A stretch of 64,000 nt of DNA from an uncultured Actinomycetota bacterium (GCA_963747915.1 CAVVHC010000002.1:882846-946845), one strand, 5' to 3'; shown: positions 53,934 through 63,078, counted from the stretch's first letter. Translations and numbers: made by a program. Notes: a model not told the origin generated them from the letters alone.

Positions 53934-55211
53934 ATGGACGCCAACGACATGATTCTCATCAGCGTGGACGACCACCTGGTCGAGCCGCCGAACATGTTCG
54001 ACGGCCGGCTGCCGGCGAAGTTCGCCGACCAGGCGCCCAAGGTGCAGCGCCGCGACGACGGCTCCGACGTGTGGGTCTTCAACGGCAACGTCATCCCGAA
54101 CATCGGGCTGAACGCGGTCGCCGGACGCCCGAAGGAGGAGTACGGCGTCGAGCCGACCGCCTACGAGGAGATGCGCCCCGGCTGCTACGACGTGCACGAG
54201 CGGGTCAAGGACATGAGCGCGGCGGGCGTGCTCGGTTCGATGTGCTTCCCGTCGTTCCCCGGCTTCTCCGGCCGCCTGTTCGCCGCCGCCGAGGACAAGG
54301 ACCTCGCGCTCGCGACTGTGCAGGCCTACAACGACTGGCACATCGACGAGTGGTGCGGCCCCTACCCGGACCGGTTCATCCCCATGGCGCTGCCGGTGCT
54401 CTGGGACCCGGAGCTCGCCGCCGCCGAAGTGCGCCGCGTCGCCAAGAAGGGCTGCCACTCGATCACGTTCACCGAGAATCCGGCGACCCTCGGCTACCCG
54501 AGCTTCCACGACAAGCACTGGGACCCGCTGTGGAAGGCGCTGTGCGACGAGAACGTCGTGCTCTCGATTCATCTCGGCTCGTCCGGCAAGCTCGCCGTCA
54601 CCGCGCCTGACGCGCCGATGGACGTGATGATCACGCTCCAGCCGATGAACATCTGCCAGGCCGCCGCCGACCTGCTCTGGTCACGCGTGCTGAAGGAATT
54701 CCCGGACATCCGCATCGCGCTGTCCGAAGGCGGCACCGGCTGGATCCCGTACTTCCTTGATCGGCTGGACCGCACCTACGACATGCACCATCTCTGGACC
54801 GGGCAGAACTTCGGCGGCAAGCTGCCGAGCGAGGTGTTCCGCCAGCACTTCCTCACCTGCTTCATCTCCGACCCGGTCGGCATCCAGCTGCGTCACCAGA
54901 TCGGCATGGACAACATCTCGTGGGAGTGCGACTACCCGCACTCCGACTCCTCCTGGCCGAAGCCGGCCGAGGAGCTCGAAGCCGTGACCGCGGGCATCCC
55001 GGACGACGAGATGTACAAGATGACCTACGAGAACGCCATGCGCTGGTACTCGTTCGACCCCTTCGCGACGCGCTCGCGCGAGCAGTCGACCGTCGGGGCG
55101 CTGCGCGCCGAGGCTGCTGGCCACGACGTCGAGATCCGCTCCTACGACGGCGGCCGTTTCCAGCGGTCGGGTCAGGGCGTCGAGCTCGGCAGCCTGGTCC
55201 CGACGGCATGA
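53934..55211 (+). CDS. amidohydrolase_2 (ACMSD/LigW-like) family protein, paralogue 2
   Basis: ISVDDHLVEP, GLNAVAGRPKEE and ECDYPHSDSSWP motifs, clearly paralogous to 49440..50627. Confidence 0.85.
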   Translation: MDANDMILISVDDHLVEPPNMFDGRLPAKFADQAPKVQRRDDGSDVWVFNGNVIPNIGLNAVAGRPKEEYGVEPTAYEEMRPGCYDVHERVKDMSAAGVLGSMCFPSFPGFSGRLFAAAEDKDLALATVQAYNDWHIDEWCGPYPDRFIPMALPVLWDPELAAAEVRRVAKKGCHSITFTENPATLGYPSFHDKHWDPLWKALCDENVVLSIHLGSSGKLAVTAPDAPMDVMITLQPMNICQAAADLLWSRVLKEFPDIRIALSEGGTGWIPYFLDRLDRTYDMHHLWTGQNFGGKLPSEVFRQHFLTCFISDPVGIQLRHQIGMDNISWECDYPHSDSSWPKPAEELEAVTAGIPDDEMYKMTYENAMRWYSFDPFATRSREQSTVGALRAEAAGHDVEIRSYDGGRFQRSGQGVELGSLVPTA

Positions 55212-56230
55212 GCTCCCCCGCGTTCTCGAACGAGGAGGGCCGCGACGTCGGTCAGAAGTTCGCGGGCCTGCCGATGCCCTACGACCGGCAGATGCTCTTC
55301 GATGTCTCCCGCCGGGCTCGGCTGCTCGACGAGCGCAAGCGACGGTTTCCGTTCCCGGTGCCGAACGGCTGGTTCGTCGTCGCCGAAGCGAAGGATCTCG
55401 GGCCCGGCGAGGTGATGCCGTTCTACGCCTTCGGCAAGGACCTCGTGCTGTACCGCACCGAGAGCGGGACGCCGCGGGTGATCGATGCGCACTGCCCGCA
55501 CCTCGGCGCGCACATCGGTGTCGGCGGACGCGTCGAGGACGACTGCATCCGCTGCCCGTTCCACGGCTGGAAGTTCGACGGGGCGAACGGCCACTGCGTC
55601 GACGTCCCCTACGACGAGCACGACTTCATCCCGAAGCGGGCGCACACGCGCTCGTACCCGACCATCGAGCGCAACCACATGATCTGGGCCTGGCATCACC
55701 TCGAGGGCGGCGAGCCGTTCTACGACGTGCCGGACGTGCCGGAGTTCTCCGACCCGGACTGGCTGCCGATCTCGGTGCGCACGTACGAGATCCGCACCTG
55801 CGCGCAGGAGCTCGCCGAGAACAACGTCGACTACTCGCACTTCAAGTTCGTTCACGGCACCGCCGCGGTCCCGGAGCACAGCTTCGTCGTCGACGGCCAT
55901 TACAAGCGGGCGGCGAACGAGGACGAGTCGTTCGTCCGCGAGGGTTACGGGTTGGGGCTCGGCGTGCTGCGGGTGAAGGGCTTCACGACCTTCCTGTCGA
56001 GCACCACGCCGATCGACGAGGAGAAGGTCATCGTCCGGTGGATCTTCACCGCGCCGCGCTCGTCGGGTGAGGACGCCGCCGAGAAGGCGGCGAACACGTT
56101 CTGCAAGAACGTCAGCCAGGACATCCCGATCTGGGAGAACAAGGTCTACCGCGAGACCCCGGTGCTACGCCCCTCCGAGAAGCCGATCACCGAGCATCGC
56201 CGGTGGGCGCAGCAGTTCTACTCGAGATAG
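55208..56230 (+). CDS. Rieske [2Fe-2S] non-heme-iron oxygenase, KshA-like
   Basis: CPHLGAHIGVGGRVEDDCIRCPFHGW (CxH-X17-CxxH) and the mononuclear iron motif NNVDYSHFKFVHG. The ATG overlaps the upstream stop (ATGA). Confidence 0.88.
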   Translation: MSSPAFSNEEGRDVGQKFAGLPMPYDRQMLFDVSRRARLLDERKRRFPFPVPNGWFVVAEAKDLGPGEVMPFYAFGKDLVLYRTESGTPRVIDAHCPHLGAHIGVGGRVEDDCIRCPFHGWKFDGANGHCVDVPYDEHDFIPKRAHTRSYPTIERNHMIWAWHHLEGGEPFYDVPDVPEFSDPDWLPISVRTYEIRTCAQELAENNVDYSHFKFVHGTAAVPEHSFVVDGHYKRAANEDESFVREGYGLGLGVLRVKGFTTFLSSTTPIDEEKVIVRWIFTAPRSSGEDAAEKAANTFCKNVSQDIPIWENKVYRETPVLRPSEKPITEHRRWAQQFYSR

Positions 56231-56320
56231 CTCCTGAGATAGGTCTTAAGCCTCCATGGTTCTCGGTGCCGGGCGGGCATCATCAATAGTCATGAAGGTC
56301 ACCGACGCCCTTCGTCACCC

Positions 56321-57301
56321 GTGGCGCTCTCGCGCGTTGGGGCGACTGTCATGACTGCTTCGACTTCCCGCAGCCTCACGTCCCCCCGGTTGGAAGGCAC
56401 GTTCGCCGTCGGCGACCGGCGCCTCAGCTTCGCCGAGTTCGGCAATCCCCGCGGTCGCGCGGTGCTGTGGATGCACGGCACGCCCGGAGCCCGCCGCCAG
56501 GTGCCCGAGCCGGCCCGGCTCGCGGCGCTGGAGCTGGACCTGCGCATCGTCGGGATCGACCGGCCGGGAATCGGCCGCTCGACCCCGCATCGGTACACGT
56601 GCATCCGCGACTTCGCGGGCGACGTCGAGCCGCTGCTCGACGCGTTGGGTATCGACGACTTCGCCATGATCGGGCTGTCCGGCGGCGGGCCCTACGTGCT
56701 CGGCTGCGCGCATGCGATGCCGCAGCGACTGCAGGTCGCCGGGCTCATCGGAAGCGTCGCCCCGACCTGCGGGCCGGACGCGGTGTCCGGCGGGCCGGTC
56801 GCGTTGACGCGCACGCTCGGGCCGCTGCTGACGACGCTTCGGCTGCCGCTGTCCTTCGCGTTGACGACGGCGGCCTGGGTGGGCCGGCCGGTCGCCGGCC
56901 GCGCGCTCGACCTCTACGCGCGGCTGAACCCGGAGCCGGATCGCCGCATGCTGGCGCGCCCGGAGTTTCGCGCGATGTTCCTGGACGACCTCTTGCACGG
57001 CAGCAAGCTCGGACTGCGCGCCCCGATCGACGACCTCATCCTCTTCGGCAAGGACTGGGGATTCGCACTCGGCGACGTCTCCGTGCCGGTGCATGTCTGG
57101 CACGGAGACGCCGACCACATCGTGCCCTTCGAGCACGGTCAGCACCTCGTCGCCCGGCTGCCCGACGCGCAGCTGCATCGCATTGCGGGTGAGAGCCATC
57201 TCGGTGGCCTCGGGGAGGCGGAGACGATCCTGCACACCCTGGTGGCCACCTGGGATGCCAAGCAGCGCCGGCCGCGCAGAGGTCGCCTGGCTCCGGCCTG
57301 A
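56321..57301 (+). CDS. alpha/beta hydrolase
   Basis: VLWMHGTPGAR and the nucleophile elbow GLSGGG, with a late His (GESHLGG). The start is GTG at 56321 or ATG at 56351. Confidence 0.8.
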   Translation: MALSRVGATVMTASTSRSLTSPRLEGTFAVGDRRLSFAEFGNPRGRAVLWMHGTPGARRQVPEPARLAALELDLRIVGIDRPGIGRSTPHRYTCIRDFAGDVEPLLDALGIDDFAMIGLSGGGPYVLGCAHAMPQRLQVAGLIGSVAPTCGPDAVSGGPVALTRTLGPLLTTLRLPLSFALTTAAWVGRPVAGRALDLYARLNPEPDRRMLARPEFRAMFLDDLLHGSKLGLRAPIDDLILFGKDWGFALGDVSVPVHVWHGDADHIVPFEHGQHLVARLPDAQLHRIAGESHLGGLGEAETILHTLVATWDAKQRRPRRGRLAPA

Positions 57302-57316
57302 TCACCCACCAGCCCA

Positions 57317-57334
57317 TTTGAGCGCTTGCTCAAA
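57317..57334 (+). promoter_or_regulatory. candidate operator palindrome TTTGAGC-GCTT-GCTCAAA
   Basis: Perfect 7-bp arms in the 59-nt gap before the sulfotransferase-TetR pair. Confidence 0.35.
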
Positions 57335-57360
57335 CTTGTGCGCTGAGCCACCATGCGGCC

Positions 57361-58620
57361 ATGACTGCTTCGCCGAGCGCCCCCGCCGCTCCGTCCGACG
57401 AGATCGTCATCGACGACTACGCCGAGCCGCGGTTCAGCCCGCAGGCGCGCGCGACCCTGGAGGCGATTGCGGCCGCGCCGGCACCGCCGTTCGAACCGGA
57501 GGCGCTGCTGGCGGCAGCTCGCGAGCAGACCGGTCTGGACGACTTCGGAGACGGCTGGTTCCGCGAGCCGCTGGACGTGCTCTGCCGGGCAATCCCCGAG
57601 GAAGCCGGGCTGTCGGCCGCCGGCCGGGTAATGGCGGCGGGATCACTGGTCGGCATGCTGGCCAACCGGTTGCGCGTGGAGGATCTGCTGCGCCGTCACC
57701 CGGAGATCGAGGACATCCCGATCGACCGGCCGATCGTCATCGCCGGCTTGCCGCGTACGGGCACCACTCACCTGCACAACCTGCTGTCGGCGGACCCGGC
57801 GCTGCGCTCCCTTCCGTACTGGGAGAGCCTCGAGCCGGTGCCGGCGCAAATCCCGCCGCCGGATCCGGACCCGCGCATCGAACGCGCCGCGATGGCGACG
57901 GGCTTCACCGACGTCGTCATGCCGCATTTCAAGGCCATGCACGAGATGACACCCGACCACGTCCACGAGGAGATCCAGCTGCTCGCGATCACGCTCGCGA
58001 CGATGCTGCTGGAGACGCAGTGGCACGTGCCGAGCTACCGCGACTGGTTCAAGGCCACCGACCAGACCCCGGCATACGCGTATCTGCGGCGGATTCTTCA
58101 AGCGCTGCAGTGGCTGCGCGGTGGTGAGCGCTGGGTGTTGAAGAGCCCGCAGCACCTCGAGCAGTTCGGCGTGCTGCGCGCCGTCTTCCCGGACGCGACG
58201 GTCGTCTGCACGCACCGCGACCCGGTGGCCGTCACCGCATCGCTGGTGACGATGGTGAGCTACGGCGCGCGCACCAGTCAGGAGCGGCCCGACCCGACCC
58301 GCACCGGCCGGTACTGGGCCGAGCGCGTCGAGGACTTGCTGACGGCGTGCGTACGCGACCGTGAGCTGCTGCCCGCCGGCCAGTCGGTCGATGTGCGTTT
58401 CAACGACTTCATGGCCGACGAGTGGGGCACCGTCGAGCAGATCTACGCGGTCGCGGATCAGCCGCTGCCCGCATCGAGCCGCGAGGCGATGCAGACGTAC
58501 GTGCGCGAGCATCCGCGTGGCCGCCACGGCAAGGTGCGCTACGACCTCACGACGTTCGGCCTCGATCCCGCGGAACGGGAGGAAGCTCTCGCCGGTTACC
58601 GCCACCGTTTCGGGGTGTGA
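57361..58620 (+). CDS. sulfotransferase-family protein
   Basis: PAPS-binding loop IVIAGLPRTGTTHLHNLL and WVLKSPQH...THRDP blocks. Confidence 0.8.
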   Translation: MTASPSAPAAPSDEIVIDDYAEPRFSPQARATLEAIAAAPAPPFEPEALLAAAREQTGLDDFGDGWFREPLDVLCRAIPEEAGLSAAGRVMAAGSLVGMLANRLRVEDLLRRHPEIEDIPIDRPIVIAGLPRTGTTHLHNLLSADPALRSLPYWESLEPVPAQIPPPDPDPRIERAAMATGFTDVVMPHFKAMHEMTPDHVHEEIQLLAITLATMLLETQWHVPSYRDWFKATDQTPAYAYLRRILQALQWLRGGERWVLKSPQHLEQFGVLRAVFPDATVVCTHRDPVAVTASLVTMVSYGARTSQERPDPTRTGRYWAERVEDLLTACVRDRELLPAGQSVDVRFNDFMADEWGTVEQIYAVADQPLPASSREAMQTYVREHPRGRHGKVRYDLTTFGLDPAEREEALAGYRHRFGV

Positions 58621-59204
58621 CCGCTGCGAGCGCGCCGCGCAAGCGGGGCCCGCGCGCGGAAGGTGACGCCCGCGTGCTCCTACTCGACGTGGCGGAGCGG
58701 CTCTTCGCCGAGCGAGGGGTCGACGCCGTTTCGCTGCGGAGCGTCTGCGCGGCCGCGGGCGTCGCGAGCAGCGCGCTGCACTACCACTTCCGCAGCGCGG
58801 ACGACCTGCTGCACGAGGTGCTTTGGCGTCGCTCGGCGGGTCTCGGGGAACGCACTCGGCAGCGACTCGCCGAGCTCCGGCAGGCGACGACGGTGACAGT
58901 CGCGGCGGTGGTCGATGCGCTGCTTTTGCCGTGGCTGGATCTGCTGGCGGACGACCCCGTCGGCGGGGGGCGCTTTGTGAATGTGGTGTCGGGACTGCTC
59001 GCGGTGGGTGATGCGCGACTGCGGCCTCATCTCGCGGGCGTGAACGCGGATTTCGCGGCAGTCGTTCGCCGCTTGCCGGGTGGGGCCGGGTCGCCGCCGC
59101 GCTGGTCGATCGCCGCCAAATGCCTGGTGCACGGACTCGCTACCGGAGACGGTCCGCAGGAGCTACGGGCGTTCGTCATCGCGGGGCTGCAGCAAGACGG
59201 CTGA
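58617..59204 (+). CDS. TetR-family transcriptional regulator
   Basis: GTG at 58617 overlaps the sulfotransferase stop. HTH region LLDVAERLFAERGVDAVSLRSVCAAAGVASSALHYHFRSADDLL. Confidence 0.8.
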   Translation: MTAASAPRKRGPRAEGDARVLLLDVAERLFAERGVDAVSLRSVCAAAGVASSALHYHFRSADDLLHEVLWRRSAGLGERTRQRLAELRQATTVTVAAVVDALLLPWLDLLADDPVGGGRFVNVVSGLLAVGDARLRPHLAGVNADFAAVVRRLPGGAGSPPRWSIAAKCLVHGLATGDGPQELRAFVIAGLQQDG

Positions 59205-59281
59205 GCTATCAGCAAAACACGCCGTCAGCCGCGCGATCGCGGGTGGGATGGCTGACGTAGGGCGTTCGAGGCCGCGGTACG

Positions 59282-59569
59282 TCAGCGGGGTGCCGTCACG
59301 GCGATGCCGTTGAGTGCTGCGGCGTCGGCAAGTCTCTCGTCATACGTGACGACGCCCTCCAGGTCGTCACCCAAGTTGAGCGCTGCAGCAAGATGAATGG
59401 CGTCGAGGCTGCGCAAAGACGCGGGGTCAAGCCGCCCGGCCTGCTCGAAGAGCGCCGCTGTGACCTCGGTCAGCGTGACGGAATACAGGACGGCGCGGGC
59501 CTGCACCAAGCGTCTCGGGGCGACGCGACGGACCGCCTGCAGGAGCTCGGTGCGGGCTAGATCTGACTG
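59282..59569 (-). pseudogene. vapC: 5'-truncated PIN-domain toxin (vapC remnant)
   Basis: SDLARTELLQAVRR...LRSLDAIHLAAALNLGDDLEGVVTYDERLADAAALNGIAV matches the C-terminal two thirds of VapC. The first ~35 aa, including the N-terminal acidic residue, and any vapB are missing. The break coincides with the inverted repeat at 59570. Confidence 0.65.
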
Positions 59570-59587
59570 ACTGAGTGTGTCCCTATT
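59570..59587 (+). repeat. 18-bp terminal inverted repeat, left copy (CTGAGTGTGTCCCTATTC)
   Basis: Exact reverse complement of 62653-62670. The flanking triplet is TGA. Confidence 0.7.
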
Positions 59588-59743
59588 CGGGAGACACCGG
59601 CTTCCCTTTGACCACTGACGGTGTGGTGCTTGGTTGCCGTCCGGCTTGCGCCGGTTCCGATCCAAGGCCCCGGTGGTTCTGGTGGTGCAGGGTGACGATC
59701 GGCTCTTTCCCGTCTCAGGCGGGTGCAGCGCGATGTGGTCGCG

Positions 59744-61168
59744 TCAGGCAGCGCTTGGCGGCGCAGGAGATTGCAGGTTGGGCCAGCGGGCGAGGTTGAT
59801 GGCCGCGTTGACGTCCCGGTCGACGACGAGCCCGCAGTGGCCGCAGCGGTAGCTCCGATCGGCGAGGGTGAGCTGGTCGTCGACGTGGCCGCAGCCGCAG
59901 CAGGTCTTCGACGATGGATACCAGCGGTCGGCTTCGACAAGCTCGCAGCCGTACCAGCGGGTTTTGTAGCCGAGCAGCCGGCCCAAGTCACCGAGGCCGG
60001 CGTCGGACAGCACCCTGGCAAGCGACCGGTTTTGCAGCATGCCAGCGACATTGAGGTCTTCGACGGTGAGCCGCCTCAAGCCGGTCGCGAGCCGTTTGGA
60101 CAGTTCGTGTGCCGCCTGGCCGCGCAGATTCGCCGTGCGGGCGTGCAGCCGGATGAGCCGCTTTCGGGCTTGGCGGCGACCGTTCGACCCGGGTTTGGTT
60201 CTCGCCAGGGCCTGGTTCGCGCGCCGCAGCCGCTGCTGCGCGTGCTGGAGGGCGTTCACCCCCTTCACGTGGTGCAGCACCACACCGTCCGTGTCGGCGA
60301 CAACCGCGAGAGCTTTGATGCCCACGTCCATCCCCGCCGCCTGCTGATGGCGGCCAGCGGCGTTGCGACGGGCCGGGTGGAAGACGGCGGCGACGCCGTG
60401 CAGCGACACCCACCAGCGGCCGCGTTCGTAGCGGAAGCTGGCGCCGTGCAGATGCAGCCGGCCGGCGCCGAGCATCCGGCGGACCCGTTTCGTGCAGCCG
60501 TGTATTCGCAGCACGCCGAGGGTCGGAAAACGCAGCGCTTTCGGGCCGGCGACCCGCACCGGCGCGGTCTGACCCGGCTTGGATTTGGAACGCAGTTTGA
60601 ACGCCGGACGGCTCTTGTTGCGGGACTTGAACTTCGGGAATCCGGCCTTCCTGCCCTTGCGGACCCCCGCTACCGAGTTCGAGAAGTTGGCGAGTGCTTG
60701 GGCAGCGTTGACGCTGGCGCACTCGAACACGTCCTGGCTGACTTCGGCCCGCCAGGTCAGCCCGCGGCTGCCGTCGTCGCCGACCGGGCTGTCATGTGCG
60801 CGGCCGGTCTTCCAGGCGTTGAACTCGTTGATGAAACTGACCTTCGACCACGACAACGCCGGTGTCTGCTGCGCCGCAGGGATGCCGTAGGAGGCTTCCG
60901 CTCGCCGCTGCTCCAGGTTCGCTTTCACCCGGGCCAGGTGATGGTTGAAAACAAACCGCGCCGCCCCCGCATGCCGCAGCAACACCTCGTGCTGATCACC
61001 GTTGACGTCAAGGGCGAACTTGAACGCCACCGGCCGCGACAGCGGCACACCGGGGTGCGACAGCAGCACCCCGCCGCCCACTTCCGCGCCGTTCTTGCGC
61101 CAGCTCGCCATACCGCTGATCGTGCCGGAAGGGTCCGACAAAACAACAAACTCAGTGGGCCTGGTCAA
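59744..61168 (-). CDS. tnpB: IS200/IS605-family TnpB (RNA-guided endonuclease, OrfB)
   Basis: RuvC blocks GMDVGIKALAV, LTVEDLNVAGM and VVDRDVNAAINLAR, plus the zinc finger CCGCGH...CGHCG. No tnpA is present. The probable true start is ATG at 61111. Confidence 0.9.
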   Translation of the reverse strand: MTRPTEFVVLSDPSGTISGMASWRKNGAEVGGGVLLSHPGVPLSRPVAFKFALDVNGDQHEVLLRHAGAARFVFNHHLARVKANLEQRRAEASYGIPAAQQTPALSWSKVSFINEFNAWKTGRAHDSPVGDDGSRGLTWRAEVSQDVFECASVNAAQALANFSNSVAGVRKGRKAGFPKFKSRNKSRPAFKLRSKSKPGQTAPVRVAGPKALRFPTLGVLRIHGCTKRVRRMLGAGRLHLHGASFRYERGRWWVSLHGVAAVFHPARRNAAGRHQQAAGMDVGIKALAVVADTDGVVLHHVKGVNALQHAQQRLRRANQALARTKPGSNGRRQARKRLIRLHARTANLRGQAAHELSKRLATGLRRLTVEDLNVAGMLQNRSLARVLSDAGLGDLGRLLGYKTRWYGCELVEADRWYPSSKTCCGCGHVDDQLTLADRSYRCGHCGLVVDRDVNAAINLARWPNLQSPAPPSAA

Positions 61169-61173
61169 CAGGT

Positions 61174-61599
61174 TCAGGGGGCGAGGACACGGCGGTGATA
61201 CGTGGCTGACTCCTCGTAACCGAGCCGGAGGTAAAACTCGGACGCACGGCGCGTAGCGAGGGCCACCAACCGTGCCTCACGCTGCCGAGCCCAGAACTCA
61301 AACGCTCGCACGAGCAGGCGCCCGAGCCCGCCAAGGCGGTGCGTTTCGTCGACCATCAGTTCCTCGATCCACGCCACTTGCCCGTCGGCGAAGAACGTGG
61401 GATGCACGAAACCCAGCAGGTAGCCGGCGAGGCGGTTGTCCATCTCAGCGACGAGCAGGACCGCCTGATCGGAGTCCAAGATCTGTCGAAAGCTGGTGCG
61501 AAAGCCCGCGGGAGTGGGCACGAACGACGTCGCGAACCGACGAGCCATCTCGAACAGCTCGTCGGCGTCTCGCTCTACGGCAGGCCGGACAGCACTCAT
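61174..61599 (-). CDS. GNAT-family N-acetyltransferase
   Basis: AWIEELMVDETHRLGGLGRLLVRAFEFWARQREARLVALAT...FYLRLGY is the acetyl-CoA-binding motif A region. Its stop is 5 nt from the annotated tnpB start. Confidence 0.85.
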   Translation of the reverse strand: MSAVRPAVERDADELFEMARRFATSFVPTPAGFRTSFRQILDSDQAVLLVAEMDNRLAGYLLGFVHPTFFADGQVAWIEELMVDETHRLGGLGRLLVRAFEFWARQREARLVALATRRASEFYLRLGYEESATYHRRVLAP

Positions 61600-61789
61600 G
61601 TTGACATCATCGACCGGGTCGGATTCGCAGCCTCAACCAGCTAGCTGCCCAACGGCGACCACCGTGCCGTTTTCGTGCACAAAGCCCTTGTGACCCGCAT
61701 CCACATCGGACACTTCGGGAGCTCGATTTGCGAGCAACCGCCTCATCCCGATGCGCGTACCGGCTGACCGGCCGAACCCGGCGAACCGT

Positions 61790-62599
61790 TCAGGTCGCGC
61801 GCCGTCGGCGCCGCCACGGCGGTACCGGGCTGAAGATCGCGTCCAGCGCCGCGACCAGGCAGGCCACCTGCAGCCAGCCGGTGGCCGACTCGACGGTGTT
61901 CTCGAACGAGCGGGCCAGCCGGCGATGGCGAAGTAACCGGCCATGCGCGACCACCACCCGCCAGGCCAGCGGCAACGGGACGAACGTCCTCCGCTTCTTT
62001 TCGTGCCCGACCCGGCGGACCTCGAGCTGATGCTCCCGGCCGAGCTTGCCGGCGGCCCGCATGCTGACGCCCCGATCAACCAGCACCAGCTCCAGCCGCC
62101 GATCCTGACCCTGGGCAGCGAGGTCGGCGAGCAGCGCAGCAGTGGTGTCGTTCTCCGGTGTCCCGGCCCGCAGCACACGCGCCGCCAGCGGCAAGCCGGT
62201 TACGTCCACCGCGATAGCACGCTTGGCGCCTTTCGTCGCGCCGTACGGGCCGCCCCGGTCATGAAAAGTACGGCCGCCAGTGGACGCGCCCCGAGCCAGA
62301 TGCGTGTCGACCACCACCATCGACGGGGTCGCGTCGGCACGCTTGGCAACCCGCCGCACCGTGCGATGCAGCTCCGCCAACAACCGCGCCCACGTGCCGT
62401 TACGGGACCAGCGCCGAAACTGCGACCACACCCGCGTCCACGGACCGAACTCCACCGGCAGCAACCGCCACTGACACCCCGTGTAGGACACGTACAAGAT
62501 GCCGTTCACGACCCGACGCACATCCGGACCGAACCGCCGGCCCCGCTTATTCGCAGCACAAAGCAACGGCTCAAGCAAAGCCCACTGCTCGTCAGTCAC
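61790..62599 (-). CDS. IS5-family DDE transposase
   Basis: VTDEQWALLEPLL...GILYVSYTGCQWRLLP...WSRNGTW (DUF4096-type N-terminus), then the DDE body (VVVDTHLARG...AIAVDVTGLP...VLVDRG). GTG at 62599. Single intact frame. Confidence 0.85.
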   Translation of the reverse strand: MTDEQWALLEPLLCAANKRGRRFGPDVRRVVNGILYVSYTGCQWRLLPVEFGPWTRVWSQFRRWSRNGTWARLLAELHRTVRRVAKRADATPSMVVVDTHLARGASTGGRTFHDRGGPYGATKGAKRAIAVDVTGLPLAARVLRAGTPENDTTAALLADLAAQGQDRRLELVLVDRGVSMRAAGKLGREHQLEVRRVGHEKKRRTFVPLPLAWRVVVAHGRLLRHRRLARSFENTVESATGWLQVACLVAALDAIFSPVPPWRRRRRAT

Positions 62600-62652
62600 A
62601 TCCGTTGCATACACACCCACGCCATCGGCACCCCGAATCGCCGCCTGGAGCG

Positions 62653-62670
62653 GAATAGGGACACACTCAG
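62653..62670 (-). repeat. 18-bp terminal inverted repeat, right copy
   Basis: GAATAGGGACACACTCAG on the + strand, 54 nt upstream of the transposase start. The flanking triplet is TAA. Confidence 0.7.
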
Positions 62671-63059
62671 TAAGCAGGCGTGCTCTGCACATCTGCTTGA
62701 GTGCCGCGCGGTGGAAGCATTGCCCGGCGTCTTCTACAGGTTCTTAACCGTGTGCAGAAAGCCCAGAAGTTGCCTGGAGATCCAGGAACTCGCCGCCCCA
62801 ATCGGGGCATAGTGCCCAGCCGATAGCCATCTTGTGGGTCTTCTGCACGCGGACCACCTCGCGAACCGTCCCGCGACGTGTCACTCCTCGTGCTCACGGC
62901 GCCCACGCTGGGCCGCCCAACCCGGTAAACCCACCGCCGGTGATGCCTTCCGGGAGACGCAGCGCGCTTGCCTCCCCTTCTGGGGGACGGAGACAGGTCC
63001 ACGGCATCCCGATTGGTTGCAAGGCAATTTCCCGACGGGCGCTCGCGAACAAGGCCGTG

Positions 63060-63078
63060 CGGGTCAGGGCTTGACCCG
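63060..63078 (+). promoter_or_regulatory. candidate operator/-35 palindrome CGGGTCA-GGGCT-TGACCCG
   Basis: 7-bp arms, 11 nt before the TetR start. It contains TTGACC. Confidence 0.3.

Larger units (their letters stand above)
59570..62670 (-). mobile_element. 3.1-kb IR-bounded lower-GC unit: IS5-type transposase + GNAT + TnpB (composite or nested IS)
   Basis: Identical 18-bp inverted repeats at both ends, codon usage visibly poorer in GC than the flanks, and the left end truncates vapC. The flanking triplets TGA and TAA are not identical. Confidence 0.5.

Noticed and set aside
56350-57372. An identical 13-mer, CATGACTGCTTCG, at the starts of the alpha/beta hydrolase (56350) and the sulfotransferase (57360).
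   Set aside because: Both simply encode M-T-A-S with preferred codons. Similarity stops immediately on both sides, so it is most likely coincidence.
59589-59743. The tnpB downstream tail as the missing 3' part of the IS5 transposase gene or another small CDS.
   Set aside because: No frame gives a protein-like continuation of the transposase C-terminus, which already ends with the usual hydrophobic tail near 61800. The hairpin-rich composition fits structured RNA or an IS end better.
61633-62178. A 181-aa minus-strand ORF (61633..62178) and a 145-aa ORF (62667..63104) near the IS.
   Set aside because: The first is out of frame within the transposase gene. The second is Arg/Pro-rich with no motif. 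Neither has a credible start context.
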